Assembly (NCBI GenBank): GCA_902578255.1 | Contig: CACHCH010000003.1 | Span: 21,091 to 85,090 of the forward strand | From: an uncultured Pelagibacteraceae bacterium | Lineage (GTDB): Bacteria > Pseudomonadota > Alphaproteobacteria > Pelagibacterales > Pelagibacteraceae | Reading direction: 5' to 3' | DNA length: 64,000 nucleotides | Shown: piece by piece, positions 1-11,700 of the stretch | Layout of the letters: each line of letters starts with the position of its first letter | Numbering within the stretch: position 1 is the first letter of the stretch | Program-made: the position numbers and the translations under genes | Notes under the pieces: generated by a model | Seen by the model: only the letters and a program-made list of their open reading frames with translations | Told to the model about the DNA's origin: nothing | Database searches by the model: none

Positions 1-615
1 TATTTTTGAGAGCAATTTAGTGGTTTTGTAATCCAAGCCATGCCCTGCATGAACCTCAATGCCCAATAAATTTGCGAGTTTTGAACTTTTTTTAATTCTT
101 TGAAGTTCTTTGTTATATTTTTGTTTTGACTTAACGTTATTTGATAATTTTCCTGTATGGATTTCAATACAATCAACTTCCAACAATCTAGAAAGTTTGA
201 CATCATTTACAGAAGGATTAATAAATAAACTAGTTCTTATTTTAGCTTTTTTAAATTTAAAAATTATTTTTTTTAATTTATTAAAATTTTTTTTTAAATT
301 TAAACCTCCCTCAGTTGTAATTTCTTTTCTATTTTCTGGTACTATACAGATATAATTTGGTCTAATTCTTAGGGCATTAGATACAATACTTTCATTCATT
401 GAAATCTCAAGATTAACCAATACGTTTTTTAAATTACATATCTTTTTTGCATCTTTGTCATTAATATGTCTTCTATCTTCTCTTAAATGTATTGTTACAG
501 AGTCTGCTCCACACTTGAATACATATAATGCAGCGCTGATTGGGTCTGGATGTTTTTCACCTCTTGCATTTCTTAATGTTGCAACGTGATCAATATTTAC
601 ACCTAGTCTTTTCAC
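1..615 (-). CDS. pdxJ: Pyridoxine 5'-phosphate synthase (3' end outside window)
   Basis: Not in ORF track. Manual translation from GTG at 615 gives MKRLGVNIDHVATLRNARG, the PdxJ N-terminal signature. GTGA overlap with the pyrE stop. Confidence 0.93.
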   Translation of the reverse strand, partial: MKRLGVNIDHVATLRNARGEKHPDPISAALYVFKCGADSVTIHLREDRRHINDKDAKKICNLKNVLVNLEISMNESIVSNALRIRPNYICIVPENRKEITTEGGLNLKKNFNKLKKIIFKFKKAKIRTSLFINPSVNDVKLSRLLEVDCIEIHTGKLSNNVKSKQKYNKELQRIKKSSKLANLLGIEVHAGHGLDYKTTKLLSKI

Positions 616-1199
616 TTAATAAATCTACTCCCTGGCGTTGTAATAGGTACAGACTTGAGTTTTTCAGGTAATTTTTTTGGGCTGTACACAGGCACATCTA
701 TTTTTAAATGAGATACAATTTTTGTCTTTATTTTTAAAGATTTTTTAGTGGATCTATCTATGATAGATGCAAATCCTAATAATTTGGCATTTGCTTTATT
801 TATTAGTTTAACGCATTCTAAACTTGATTTTCCTGTAGTAATAACATCTTCAATAATTAGAACTCTAGCATCTTTCTTAATATAAAAACCTCTCCTGAGA
901 GTAAATTTTCCTTTAACTCTCTCACAAAAAATTGTTTCTTTTTTTAGAAGTCTACCGATTTCATAACCTATAATTATTCCACCCATCGCTGGAGCTAGAA
1001 TTAAATCAATTTTTTGATATTTTTTTTTGATTTGGTTTGCTAATGATTTACAAATTTTTTCAGCTAAGTTTGGAAAACTTAGTAGTTTTGCACATTGGAT
1101 ATATTTTGATGAATGCAAGCCTGATGATAAAATGAAGTGACCTTCCAATAGTGCATTAGTTTTTTTTAAAATATTTAAGGATTTTTTGTGTGAAAGCAT
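612..1199 (-). CDS. pyrE: Orotate phosphoribosyltransferase
   Basis: GHFILSSGLHS and PRPP-binding IIEDVITTGKS motifs. Confidence 0.95.
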   Translation of the reverse strand: MLSHKKSLNILKKTNALLEGHFILSSGLHSSKYIQCAKLLSFPNLAEKICKSLANQIKKKYQKIDLILAPAMGGIIIGYEIGRLLKKETIFCERVKGKFTLRRGFYIKKDARVLIIEDVITTGKSSLECVKLINKANAKLLGFASIIDRSTKKSLKIKTKIVSHLKIDVPVYSPKKLPEKLKSVPITTPGSRFIK

Positions 1200-2901
1200 T
1201 TCTTTTTTCTTCGTGTCTAATTATCTTAAATTTTATACCCTTTTGTTTTAGCACTGCAATAAAATTTGTAAAATTTTTAAGGTTTCTTATGATTAATTTA
1301 AATTTAAAATTAATATAGTTTGGGTTTTTACCTACCATCTCTAAACTAGAGATATTTAATTTATGACTTCCAATTAATGAACTGATATCGCCAAGTTGAC
1401 CAGGTTTATCAGGTAATGACATCCATAGTGTTGTGTTATATTTTTTAATTTTTTCCTCTTTTTGCTCACCTTTATCATGCCAATAACGTCTTATAGCAGC
1501 TCTAGCTTTTCCAGTTTTAGTGGTAGGTATCCAATGAAGTGATGGTGAATTATTTTTTGAGGTGATGATATTTACACGATCACCATTATGAAGAATTGTT
1601 TGTAAGTCGCTTTTGTTTCCATTTATTTCGCATCCTGTTGCTGAGTTACCGATTTTTGTATGTACAGCGTACGCAAAATCAATAGCAGTAGCCTCTTTAG
1701 GTAATTTTATTACAGAACCTTTGGGTGTGAAACAAAAAACGTTTTCCTGAAACATCTGAAGTTTAGTGTATTCATATGAGTGCTCAGGATTTTCATTTTT
1801 TTCTATAATTTCAACTAAATCTTTTAACCAATCATATTCCTTCCAGCTTAATGAATTAAATTTTTCAGAAGATTTATATTTCCAATGTGATGCTATACCT
1901 CTTTCAGCAAATTCATGCATTTCATTTGTTCTTATTTGTATTTCAATTGGTTTTTTATTTGAACCAATTACAGAAGTATGAATAGACTCATAACCGTTAA
2001 TTTTTGGAGAAGATATATAATCTTTAAACTTTCCAGGAATACAATTCCATTTTTTATGAAATATTCCTAGCGTTTTATAACAGTCATCAATATTTTTTAA
2101 AATTACTCTAAATCCAATAATGTCAGTTACTTGTTCTAGAGAAACTCTTTTTTTTTGAACTTTTCTCCAAATCGAAAAAGGAGTTTTTTCTCTTCCATAA
2201 ATTTCTGCATTAATATGATTTTCATTTAAAATTGAACTTAACTCAAAAGAAAGCTCCTCAAATAAATTTTTCTTATCGAGTTTGATCTCATCTAATCTTT
2301 TTTTAATTAATTTTCTTGCATCATTATTTAAAATTTCAAAAGATAAATCTTCAAGCTCGTCACGAATTCTATGCATTCCCATTCTATCTGCAAGTGGGGC
2401 ATATATTTCCATTGTTTCTTGAGCAATCCTTTTTCTTTTATCTTCCTTAGTTATTGCTTTGATGGTTCTCATATTATGAAGTCGATCAGCAATTTTAACT
2501 AATAAAACTCTAATATCTTTAGAAGTTGCTAAAATCAATTTTCTAAAGTTTTCTGCTTTTGAGTTAAAACTTGCAGTGTTTTCAAAAACAGAAATTTTAG
2601 TAACTCCATCTACTAAATCTGCTACCTCAGGTCCAAATTCATTTTTGATTGTCTCATATGTAGCAACAGTATCTTCAATTGTATCATGTAATAATCCGGT
2701 AGTAATAGTTGCGCTATCTAATTTTAATTCAGTAAGAATATTTGCAACCTCAATCGGATGAACAGAGTAAGGGTCACCAGATGCTCTTTTTTGATTTTGA
2801 TGTGCCTTAATAGCAAAGTTATATGCTTTATCTAATCTCTCATGATTAAGAAATTTGTTATATACCTTAACTTTATTTATAAGTTCATTAGAATTCAACA
2901 T
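1156..2901 (-). CDS. spoT: RelA/SpoT family (p)ppGpp synthetase/hydrolase
   Basis: HD hydrolase (HDTIED), KIADRLHNMRT, synthetase NGYESIHT/EIQIRT, TGS (DFAYAVHT) and C-terminal ACT-like domain. Confidence 0.93.
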   Translation of the reverse strand: MLNSNELINKVKVYNKFLNHERLDKAYNFAIKAHQNQKRASGDPYSVHPIEVANILTELKLDSATITTGLLHDTIEDTVATYETIKNEFGPEVADLVDGVTKISVFENTASFNSKAENFRKLILATSKDIRVLLVKIADRLHNMRTIKAITKEDKRKRIAQETMEIYAPLADRMGMHRIRDELEDLSFEILNNDARKLIKKRLDEIKLDKKNLFEELSFELSSILNENHINAEIYGREKTPFSIWRKVQKKRVSLEQVTDIIGFRVILKNIDDCYKTLGIFHKKWNCIPGKFKDYISSPKINGYESIHTSVIGSNKKPIEIQIRTNEMHEFAERGIASHWKYKSSEKFNSLSWKEYDWLKDLVEIIEKNENPEHSYEYTKLQMFQENVFCFTPKGSVIKLPKEATAIDFAYAVHTKIGNSATGCEINGNKSDLQTILHNGDRVNIITSKNNSPSLHWIPTTKTGKARAAIRRYWHDKGEQKEEKIKKYNTTLWMSLPDKPGQLGDISSLIGSHKLNISSLEMVGKNPNYINFKFKLIIRNLKNFTNFIAVLKQKGIKFKIIRHEEKRNAFTQKILKYFKKN

Positions 2902-2920
2902 ACTTTACTATATCATTAAA

Positions 2921-3439
2921 TTAAATTTGTTTAATAGATGTAATATCGTCCACAGGAAGTAACGAAATTAGGGTCTTAATATCTAATTTTTTAGACGGGT
3001 GTTTCCAGTTTTTTTCAATCTCAAATAAGGGAAGTAAAACAAAATTTCTTTTATGCATTCTTTTATGAGGTAAATTTAGCTTACTTTTGATATTTAATTT
3101 CATTCCATGAAAATCAATAATGTCAATATCACATACACGGGGAGAGTTTTTTTTTGATTTTTTTCTACCTAAGCTAATCTCAATTTTTTTACAAACATTG
3201 AGTAAACTTAAAGGATCATCATAACAAATAATTTTCAATATTATATTTAAATATTTTGGATAATTAGAATTAGGCCATGATGGTGTTTCATAGTATTTCG
3301 AAATTGAAATAAATTTTATCTTATTTTCTTTTAAATGAAATTTAGCTTTTTCAATATTTTCACTTCTAACACCAAGATTTGATCCTATGCCTAAATAAAC
3401 AATTTTAGCTTGATTTTCTGATATATCTTGATTTTTCAC
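2921..3439 (-). CDS. folK: 2-amino-4-hydroxy-6-hydroxymethyldihydropteridine diphosphokinase
   Basis: [31 protein letters not shown] motifs. Probable GTG start at 3439 (ORF track start is 3499). Confidence 0.92.
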   Translation of the reverse strand: MKNQDISENQAKIVYLGIGSNLGVRSENIEKAKFHLKENKIKFISISKYYETPSWPNSNYPKYLNIILKIICYDDPLSLLNVCKKIEISLGRKKSKKNSPRVCDIDIIDFHGMKLNIKSKLNLPHKRMHKRNFVLLPLFEIEKNWKHPSKKLDIKTLISLLPVDDITSIKQI

Positions 3440-3875
3440 GGTTCCAATCTCTGTTTTTTTTTGTTGCTCTTTTATCGTATTGTTTTTTTCCTTTAGCAAC
3501 TGCTAGTTCAATTTTAGCTTTACCTTTTTTAAAATACATTTTTGTAGGTACAATGGTAAAGCCGTCTCTTTGCATTTTTCCAATAAGTTTGTTTATCTCT
3601 CTTTTGCTTAACAAAAGTTTTCTTTCATCTGTTGGATTGTGATTTGAATAGCTTGCTTGTTTATATTGAGAAATATGTGAATTAATAAGTACTATTTCAC
3701 CTTTTTTTTCAACTGCATATGCATCCACTATATTAACTTTACCATCTCTGATGGACTTAATTTCAGAACCTTTTAGAACAATTCCTGCCTCTAAAAGATC
3801 TTCAAAAAAATAATTAAAACTTGCTTTTCTGTTTAAACAAATAATCTTTAAACCAGAATTGGTTTTTTTGTTCAT
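3405..3875 (-). CDS. smpB: SsrA-binding protein
   Basis: [32 protein letters not shown] motifs. Confidence 0.96.
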   Translation of the reverse strand: MNKKTNSGLKIICLNRKASFNYFFEDLLEAGIVLKGSEIKSIRDGKVNIVDAYAVEKKGEIVLINSHISQYKQASYSNHNPTDERKLLLSKREINKLIGKMQRDGFTIVPTKMYFKKGKAKIELAVAKGKKQYDKRATKKNRDWNREKSRYIRKSS

Positions 3876-4756
3876 TAAATAAGTTTTGCAGACTCTATGG
3901 CTTTTTTTATAATTATTTTAGTCTCTTCTGTAACTTTAACCAATGGTAATCTAACTTCATCGTCACACAAATTCATTAGTTTGGCAGCATATTTTACTGG
4001 ACTAGGGTTGCTCTCTACAAACATTGCAGTATGTACTGGTTGCAAAATCTCATCTAATTCTTTTGCTTTAGCAAGATTCTCGTCATTTTTAGATGTTGAA
4101 TTTTTTTGGAATTCTGAGCAAAGCTTTGGTGCTATGTTTGCAGTTACGCTAATGGTCCCAACGCCTCCTCTTTTATTAAATTCAAATGCGTTATCATCGT
4201 TTCCTGTTAATTGAATAAATTCATTACCCATTTTCTTTAACTGTTGATCAACTCTGTCTAAATCACCAGTGGCATCTTTTACACCAACAATATTCTTTAA
4301 TTCATATAGTCTTGCCATTGTATCAACTGACATATCAATTACTGACCTGCCTGGTATATTGTAAATTATAATAGGAATTCCACATTTATCATTAATAGCT
4401 TTATAATGTTGATACAGTCCCTCTTGAGTGGGCTTGTTGTAATATGGTGTTACAATTAATGCACCATTTGCACCTGCCTTTTCAGCATGAGAAGTTAGAG
4501 AAATAGCCTCCTCAGTAGAGTTAGAGCCCGTACCTGCGATAACTGGTATTTTTCCATTACTCTCTTTAATGCATAAATCAATCACACGCTGATGTTCAGT
4601 ATGGCTGAGGGTAGGAGATTCTCCAGTAGTACCCGCAGGGACTAGTCCAGACGTACCATTATCAATATGAAAATGAATTAGCTTTATATATGCATCTTCA
4701 TCTAGACCATTATTTTTGAATGGAGTGATTAAGGCAACATTTGATCCTTTAAACAT
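3875..4756 (-). CDS. dapA: 4-hydroxy-tetrahydrodipicolinate synthase
   Basis: GTTGES, TPYYNKP, YNIPGR, GVKDAT motifs. Confidence 0.96.
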   Translation of the reverse strand: MFKGSNVALITPFKNNGLDEDAYIKLIHFHIDNGTSGLVPAGTTGESPTLSHTEHQRVIDLCIKESNGKIPVIAGTGSNSTEEAISLTSHAEKAGANGALIVTPYYNKPTQEGLYQHYKAINDKCGIPIIIYNIPGRSVIDMSVDTMARLYELKNIVGVKDATGDLDRVDQQLKKMGNEFIQLTGNDDNAFEFNKRGGVGTISVTANIAPKLCSEFQKNSTSKNDENLAKAKELDEILQPVHTAMFVESNPSPVKYAAKLMNLCDDEVRLPLVKVTEETKIIIKKAIESAKLI

Positions 4757-4799
4757 AAATACTTATAACATAGTTTAGAGATTCATATACTAAAAGATT

Positions 4800-7016
4800 A
4801 TGTGCAAAAAAAAATTATTTATTCTTGGAATGGTCTTATTTGTTTCTCTTAAAATAGCTAACCTTTACGCAGAGACAATACAAATTGTTCCTCCTCAAAA
4901 ACCTACTTTATCATCAGAAGAGATAATTAATAAAATATCAAAAAATATTATTACTCCTCTTAAAAAACCTACAAAATTTAAAAAGGTTAAAAAAAAGGTT
5001 GTTGTTAATGAAATAAAAGAGAAAAAGTTAAGTTTTAAAATTCCTAAAAAAAAACCAAGTGTTGCAGGAGTCACAGCTACTAAAAACATTAAAATATTAA
5101 AGTATTATAGCAAAAAAGATTTTGGTTTGGCAAAAAAAGCGATTTCTGAAATGCAAAAAAGTAAATGGACTTCAGCTTTAAATATTTCCAAAAAAGCTAA
5201 AGATAAATCTATTTATAATTTTATTCAGTGGAGACATCTACTAACCACTGGAAATCAAGCCTCTTTTTACGATTATAAAGTTTTTATAGACAGTAATCCT
5301 GAATATCCAAGAATTGATAGATTAAGATATTTGGCAGAACATAAATTGTCTACGGCTAATGTTTCGCCTAAGAAGATCATTACATGGTTTGGATCTAATG
5401 AACCACTTAGTGGATATGGTAAAATGATATTAGGTGAAAGTCACCTATTAATTGGTGATAAATCTAAGGGTACAAATTTAATTAAAGAAGGTTGGATTAC
5501 AGCAAAATTATCTAGGAATGATTTAAAGTTTTTTAGAAAAAAATTTAAAAAAAATCTAAATGCAGATGATTATATTAAAAGAGCAGATTATCTTGCATGG
5601 AATGGAAAGCATTGGGATCTTAAAAGACTAACAAGATATTTACCAAAAGATTATGAGCTTTTATATACGGCCAGACAAATACTAATAAGTAAGGGATATG
5701 GAGTTGACCAAGCAATTAAAAATGTGCCAAAAAAATTTAAAAATGATGCAGGTCTTAATTATGATCGTTTGAAATGGAGAAGAAAAAAAGGTCGTGTAGA
5801 CTCTTCAACAGAGATTCTACTAAAAATTAGAAATGATAAAGATTATTTAGTGATGCCAGAAAAATGGTGGAAAGAAAGAGAAATAATTTCACGGGCTCAA
5901 ATTTATAAAAAAAAATACGAAATTGCTTATAAAATATCAAGTAATCACGGTATGACTGAAGGGGCAGACTTTGCAGCAGCAGAGTGGATGAGTGGCTGGA
6001 TAGCTTTAAGTTTTTTAAATGATCCTTTAACAGCAAAAGATCATTTTAAAAATTTTTATGACAATGTTAATTATCCAATTAGTACCTCTAGAGGAGCTTA
6101 TTGGCTTGCTAGTGCATATGAAAAACTTGGAGATAAAGAGCAATCGAATAAATGGTATTTAGAAGCGTCAAAATATTTAACTACTTATTATGGTCAATTA
6201 GCATTTTTAAAGATCAATCCAAATGGAAAATTTGAACTTAATAAAGACATGCAAGTTGATAAAAAATATCGACTTATTTTTTTTAATAAAGAACTGGTTA
6301 AGATTACTTATCTATTAGATGAGCTTAAAAAAGATAAATATACTAAATTTATTTTAAGACATCTAGCTAATGATAATATTTCCAAAGGTAGTGAAATACT
6401 AGCAGCTGAACTTGCAACAAATATAAATAGATATGACTTTGCTATACAAGTTTCTAAAATTGCTTCCTATCAAAAAAGGTTTCATAATAAATTTAATTAT
6501 CCAATAATTAGTACTCCAAAAAATATTAATGGAAGAAAAATCCCAGATAGCGCTTTAATTTTATCTATTATAAGACAAGAAAGTGAGTTTGATTTAGAAG
6601 CCAACAGTCACGCAGGTGCAAAAGGATTAATGCAACTAATGCCCTACACCGCAAAATTAGTTTCTAAACAAGCAAAACTTCCTTATTCAAAATCAAGATT
6701 AACTACTGATGCTGAATATAATATCAATTTAGGTTCTCATTATATTGCGGGCCTTATTTTACAATATGATGGCTCATACCCTTTTGCAGTTGCCGCTTAT
6801 AATGCGGGACCCAACCGAGTTAAGTATTGGAAAAAAATTAATAAAAATCCACAAAAGAAACAAATTAATTATGTTGATTGGGTTGAGTTAATAAAATTTA
6901 GGGAAACACGAAACTATGTTCAGCGGGTAATGGAAAACTACAATGTTTACAGATATATATTAGAACAAAGGCCTATTCCAATGAGAAATTTCTTTAAAGA
7001 TCGTCCTCTATTTTAA
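4800..7016 (+). CDS. Soluble lytic murein transglycosylase (Slt70-like)
   Basis: N-terminal signal-like segment, helical repeat body, SLT motifs IIRQESEF, GAKGLMQLMP, AAYNAG, ETRNYV. Confidence 0.9.
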   Translation: MCKKKLFILGMVLFVSLKIANLYAETIQIVPPQKPTLSSEEIINKISKNIITPLKKPTKFKKVKKKVVVNEIKEKKLSFKIPKKKPSVAGVTATKNIKILKYYSKKDFGLAKKAISEMQKSKWTSALNISKKAKDKSIYNFIQWRHLLTTGNQASFYDYKVFIDSNPEYPRIDRLRYLAEHKLSTANVSPKKIITWFGSNEPLSGYGKMILGESHLLIGDKSKGTNLIKEGWITAKLSRNDLKFFRKKFKKNLNADDYIKRADYLAWNGKHWDLKRLTRYLPKDYELLYTARQILISKGYGVDQAIKNVPKKFKNDAGLNYDRLKWRRKKGRVDSSTEILLKIRNDKDYLVMPEKWWKEREIISRAQIYKKKYEIAYKISSNHGMTEGADFAAAEWMSGWIALSFLNDPLTAKDHFKNFYDNVNYPISTSRGAYWLASAYEKLGDKEQSNKWYLEASKYLTTYYGQLAFLKINPNGKFELNKDMQVDKKYRLIFFNKELVKITYLLDELKKDKYTKFILRHLANDNISKGSEILAAELATNINRYDFAIQVSKIASYQKRFHNKFNYPIISTPKNINGRKIPDSALILSIIRQESEFDLEANSHAGAKGLMQLMPYTAKLVSKQAKLPYSKSRLTTDAEYNINLGSHYIAGLILQYDGSYPFAVAAYNAGPNRVKYWKKINKNPQKKQINYVDWVELIKFRETRNYVQRVMENYNVYRYILEQRPIPMRNFFKDRPLF

Positions 7017-7108
7017 TGGCGGAAGAGGAGGGATTCGAACCCTCGGTACAAGTTTCCTCGCACGGTCATTTAGCAAACGACTGGTTTCAGCCTCTCACCC
7101 ACTCTTCC
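7017..7108 (-). tRNA. tRNA-Ser(GCU)
   Basis: GGAAGAG...GTCGT-TT-GCT-AA-ATGAC, long variable arm, GGTTCGAATCC, CTCTTCCGCCA end. Confidence 0.95.
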
Positions 7109-7136
7109 ATATGACATTGTGTAATAAGCGATTGTA

Positions 7137-7165
7137 TTGAAAATTCAATCTTTATAAAGTAATTA
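7137..7165 (+). promoter_or_regulatory. Candidate sigma70 promoter for sox operon
   Basis: TTGAAA-N17-TAATTA ending 10 nt before the soxB ATG. AT-rich context limits specificity. Confidence 0.35.
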
Positions 7166-7175
7166 TTCAATTATT

Positions 7176-8429
7176 ATGAGAAATAAGTACTCTATATTTT
7201 CTTTATTTAAAAATGCTTTGTCGTATCATGAAAATTGGCAAAGAGCCTGGAAAGATCCAGCACCTAAAAAAGAATATGATGCTGTAATTGTTGGTGGTGG
7301 TGGTCACGGTTTAGCAACAGCATATTACTTAGCAAAAAAACATAATATGCAAAACATTGCTGTAGTAGAAAAAGGTTGGATTGGTGGTGGAAACACTGGT
7401 CGTAATACAACAATTATTAGATCAAATTATTTATGGGATGCTAGTGCAGGTTTGTATGATCATGCCTTAAAAATATGGGAAGGTTTATCACAAGAACTAA
7501 ATTATAATGTTATGTTTAGTCAAAGAGGTGTAATGAATCTTGCTCACAATTTACAAGATGTAAGAGATTTAAAAAGAAGAACTCACGCAAATAGACTGAA
7601 TGGAATAGATGCAGTTTATTTAAACACTGAGGAAGTAAAAAAATTTTGTCCAATTATAAATACATCACAAGATATTAGATATCCTGTTTTGGGTGGTACT
7701 TTGCAAAGAAGAGCTGGTACAGCTAGACATGATGCAGTTGCATGGGGATATGCCAGGGGTGCAGATGAAATGGGAGTTGATATCATTCAAAACTGTGAAG
7801 TTAAAAGTATCAAGAGAAGTGGTAATTCAGTTGAGGGTATAGAAACAACAAAAGGATTTATTAAAACTAAAAAAATTGGTGTAGTTGCAGCAGGACATTC
7901 TAGCGTAGTTGCTAATATGGCAGGTTTAAAACTTCCACTTGAAAGTAAACCCTTACAAGCTTTAGTTTCTGAACCTGTGAAACCAATTATTGATACTGTT
8001 GTTATGTCAAATGCTGTTCATGCATATGTTAGTCAATCAGATAAAGGTGAGCTAGTTATAGGTGCTGGTACAGATGATTATATTTCTTATTCTCAAAAAG
8101 GTAGTCATCAAATTGTAGAAGGCACTTTGAATGCAATTTTAGAATTATATCCAATTTTTAGTCGTATGAGAATGCTGAGACAATGGGGTGGTATTGTTGA
8201 TATATGCCCTGATGCAAGTCCTATTTTAAGCAAAACATCAATCAAAGGATTATATTTTAATTGTGGTTGGGGTACAGGTGGATTTAAAGCAACACCTGGT
8301 TCTGGAGACTTATTTGCTCATACTATTGCTAATGACGAACCTCATAAATTGAATGCTGCATTTAATTTAAATAGATTTGTAAGTGGTGACCTTGTAGATG
8401 AACATGGTGCTGCAGCAGTTGCACATTAA
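7176..8429 (+). CDS. soxB: Sarcosine oxidase subunit beta
   Basis: [11 protein letters not shown] motif, [20 protein letters not shown]-terminal [10 protein letters not shown]. Confidence 0.95.
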   Translation: MRNKYSIFSLFKNALSYHENWQRAWKDPAPKKEYDAVIVGGGGHGLATAYYLAKKHNMQNIAVVEKGWIGGGNTGRNTTIIRSNYLWDASAGLYDHALKIWEGLSQELNYNVMFSQRGVMNLAHNLQDVRDLKRRTHANRLNGIDAVYLNTEEVKKFCPIINTSQDIRYPVLGGTLQRRAGTARHDAVAWGYARGADEMGVDIIQNCEVKSIKRSGNSVEGIETTKGFIKTKKIGVVAAGHSSVVANMAGLKLPLESKPLQALVSEPVKPIIDTVVMSNAVHAYVSQSDKGELVIGAGTDDYISYSQKGSHQIVEGTLNAILELYPIFSRMRMLRQWGGIVDICPDASPILSKTSIKGLYFNCGWGTGGFKATPGSGDLFAHTIANDEPHKLNAAFNLNRFVSGDLVDEHGAAAVAH

Positions 8430-8704
8430 TGTTTTTAATTAATTGTCCGTATTGTGGTGAAAGAGATCAGCAAGAATTTAAAGCTGGTGGAGAAGCACAC
8501 ATTGAAAGACCCAAACAACCAACTGAACTAAGTGATGATGAATGGGCAGAATATTTATTTATGAGAAAAAATATTAAAGGTGTGCAGTTTGAAAGATGGA
8601 ACCATGCTCATGGTTGTCGTAAATGGTTTAATATGGCTAGAGATACATCTAATGATGAAATAAAAGCAATTTATAAAATGGGTGAAAAACCTCCAACACA
8701 ATAA
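8429..8704 (+). CDS. soxD: Sarcosine oxidase subunit delta
   Basis: CPYCGER...ERWNHAHGCRKWF zinc motif. Confidence 0.95.
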   Translation: MFLINCPYCGERDQQEFKAGGEAHIERPKQPTELSDDEWAEYLFMRKNIKGVQFERWNHAHGCRKWFNMARDTSNDEIKAIYKMGEKPPTQ

Positions 8705-8705
8705 A

Positions 8706-11700
8706 ATGACACAAAATCTAAGAGTAAAATCAAGTGAATTTATAGATGAGACTAATAGAATTTCATTTAAGTTTGATGGAAAAACATACTATGGATTTAA
8801 AGGAGATACTTTAGCATCTGCTTTAATAGCAAATAATGTTCATTTAGTTGGTAGAAGTTTTAAATATCATCGACCAAGAGGAATTATGACGTCTGGTTCT
8901 GAGGAACCGAATGCAATCGTTCAAGTAAATCCTAATTCAAATATTACTGAACCAAATGCAAGAGCAACAGAAATAGAAATTTATGAAGGTTTAGAAGCAT
9001 CTAGCCAAAATTGTTGGCCAAGTGTTAATTTTGATATAGGTGGAATAAACAATTTTCTAGCTCCCCTCTTTCCAGCAGGCTTTTATTATAAAACTTTTAT
9101 GTGGCCTAAAAGTTTTTGGGAGAAGTATGAATTTTTTATTAGACATTCTGCTGGCCTTGGCAAATCTCCAAATGCAAGAGATCCCGATATATACGACCAT
9201 AGAAATATTCATTGTGATGTACTAGTTGTGGGTGCTGGTATATCTGGAATATTAGCAGCAAAAAACGCAGCAAAAAATAATTTCAAAACTTTACTTTTAG
9301 ATGAAAAGAATGAACTTGGTGGATCAACAATATTTGAAGAAAATGAAAACAATAAAATTAATCATAATTCAGCATCTGAATGGTTAAAAAAAGAAATTAA
9401 TGAACTTAAAAATATTAAGAATCTTGAGATTAAAACTAGAACAAGCGTAGCTGCATATCATCAATACAATTATTTACTTGCTAGAGAAAATTTAACAGAT
9501 CATTTAGTCAAAAAGGATAAAAAAAATAAAATTAGACAAAGACTTCTTAAAATTAGAGCTAAAAAAGTGATTTTAGCAACAGGTGCACTAGAAAGACCTT
9601 TAATTTTTAATAATAATGATAGACCTGGTATCATGCTCTCTTCAGCTATTAAAAAATATAGTAATTTTTATGGTGTTGCATGTGGAACTAAAAACATTTT
9701 TTTCACAAATAATGATAGTGCTTATGAAAGTGCCTTATCATTGCATAATAAAGGAATTAAGGTTGAAGCTATTATAGATATCAGGGAAAATTCTGATGCA
9801 AAAATAATTAAAAAAATTAATGATGCTGGTATAAAAATATACTGGTCACATACAATTGTTGATACTAGAGGATACAAACGATTAAGTGGCGTATCTATAA
9901 TGAAACTTTCAAATGACGGTACATCGGTTACTGGTAGTAAAATTTCTATTTCTTGTAATTGCTTAGGTATTGCAGGCGGTTGGACACCTGCCGTACATTT
10001 ATACACGCAATCTGGTAGTAAACTAACCTTTGATGAAGAACGAAAAATTTTTATTCCTAAAGCAGATACAAAAGAACAAATTAGTGTTGGATCCTGTGGG
10101 GGCGACTTTGAACTAGATGAAATAATTACAAATTTAAATTATAAATTAAAAAATTTTTTAAATATCAACAAAACTGATTTTGAAGGTATTGCTTTAGAAA
10201 ATGATCATGAAACTTCAAGAAGAAATATTTGGCTTTTACCCTCTGATCAGACTATTGGTAAAACTAAGCCATTTGTAGATTATCAGAATGATGCAACAGC
10301 AAAAGACATAAAACTCGCATTAAGAGAGGGTTTTAGATCAATCGAGCATGTTAAAAGATATACAACAACAGGAATGGGCACTGACCAAGGTAAACTTGGA
10401 AATATGCATGCTTTAGGAATCATTGCAGATATAGCAGGTGTAAAAATGGGAGAATTAGGGACGACAACTTTTAGACCACCATACACTCCTTTAACATTTG
10501 GAACTATTGTTGGAAGAAATGTAGGAGAATTTTTTGATACATTCCGAAGAACTCCTATGAATGATTGGCACATTAATAATAAAGCTGAATTTGAAAATGT
10601 TGGACAGTGGAAAAGATCTTGGTATTACCCTAAAGAAGATGAAACAATGCATCAAGCCGTTCAAAGAGAAAGTAAAGCAGCTAGAATGAGTGCTGGAATA
10701 TTAGATGCTTCTACCTTAGGTAAAATTGATATTCAGGGAAGTGATGCTTCTGAATTTTTAAATAGAGTTTACACTAACGCATGGTCAAAACTTGCTATTG
10801 GTAAATGCAGATATGGATTGATGCTTAATGAGGACGGTATGGTTTATGATGATGGTGTTACGACTAGACTAGATGAAAATCATTATATTATGACAACTAC
10901 AACAGGTGGTGCTGCAAATGTTTTAGGAAAACTTGAAGATTACCTCCAGACTGAATGGCCCGAGTTAGACGTGTATTTAACTTCTGTCACAGATCATTTT
11001 GCAACAGCTAGTCTGTGTGGTCCTAACAGTAAAAAAATTTTAAATAAAATTATTCCTGATTTAGATTTATCAGATGTCAATTTTCCACACATGTCATTTA
11101 AAGAGGTATTAATTGATAAAATCAAATGTAGAATTATGAGAATAAGTTTTACGGGTGAGCTGAGTTACGAGATTAATGCACCAGCGAGTTATGGTGAGGC
11201 TATATGGCAAAAATGTATAGAGGCTGGAAAAGAATTTAATATTACTCCCTATGGAACAGAAACAATGCATTTATTAAGAGCAGAAAAAGGTTTTATAATT
11301 GTAGGTCAAGATACAGATGGAACAATGACACCTATTGATCTTCAAATGGACTGGATTGTAAGTAAGAAAAAATATGACTTTATTGGAAAAAGATCACTTT
11401 ATAGATCCGACACAATGAAAGAAGATAGAAAACAATTAATAGGTTTATTGACTGAAGATCCAAATATTGTTTTGGAAGAAGGTGCTCAAATTGTTTCTGA
11501 ATTAAATCAAAAACCAGTTGAAATGCTTGGTCATGTAACATCAAGTTATTTCAGCCCAAATCTTAATAAATCAATAGCATTAGCAGTTGTTAAAGGTGGA
11601 AAAAATATGATGGGTAGAAAACTTTTCGTTCCAATGGAAAATAAAAATATTAGTGTCACCGTAGCTAATACAGTGTTTTATGATGAGAAAAATGAGAGGC

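Noticed and set aside
110-355. 81-aa plus-strand ORF
   Set aside because: Antisense to pdxJ
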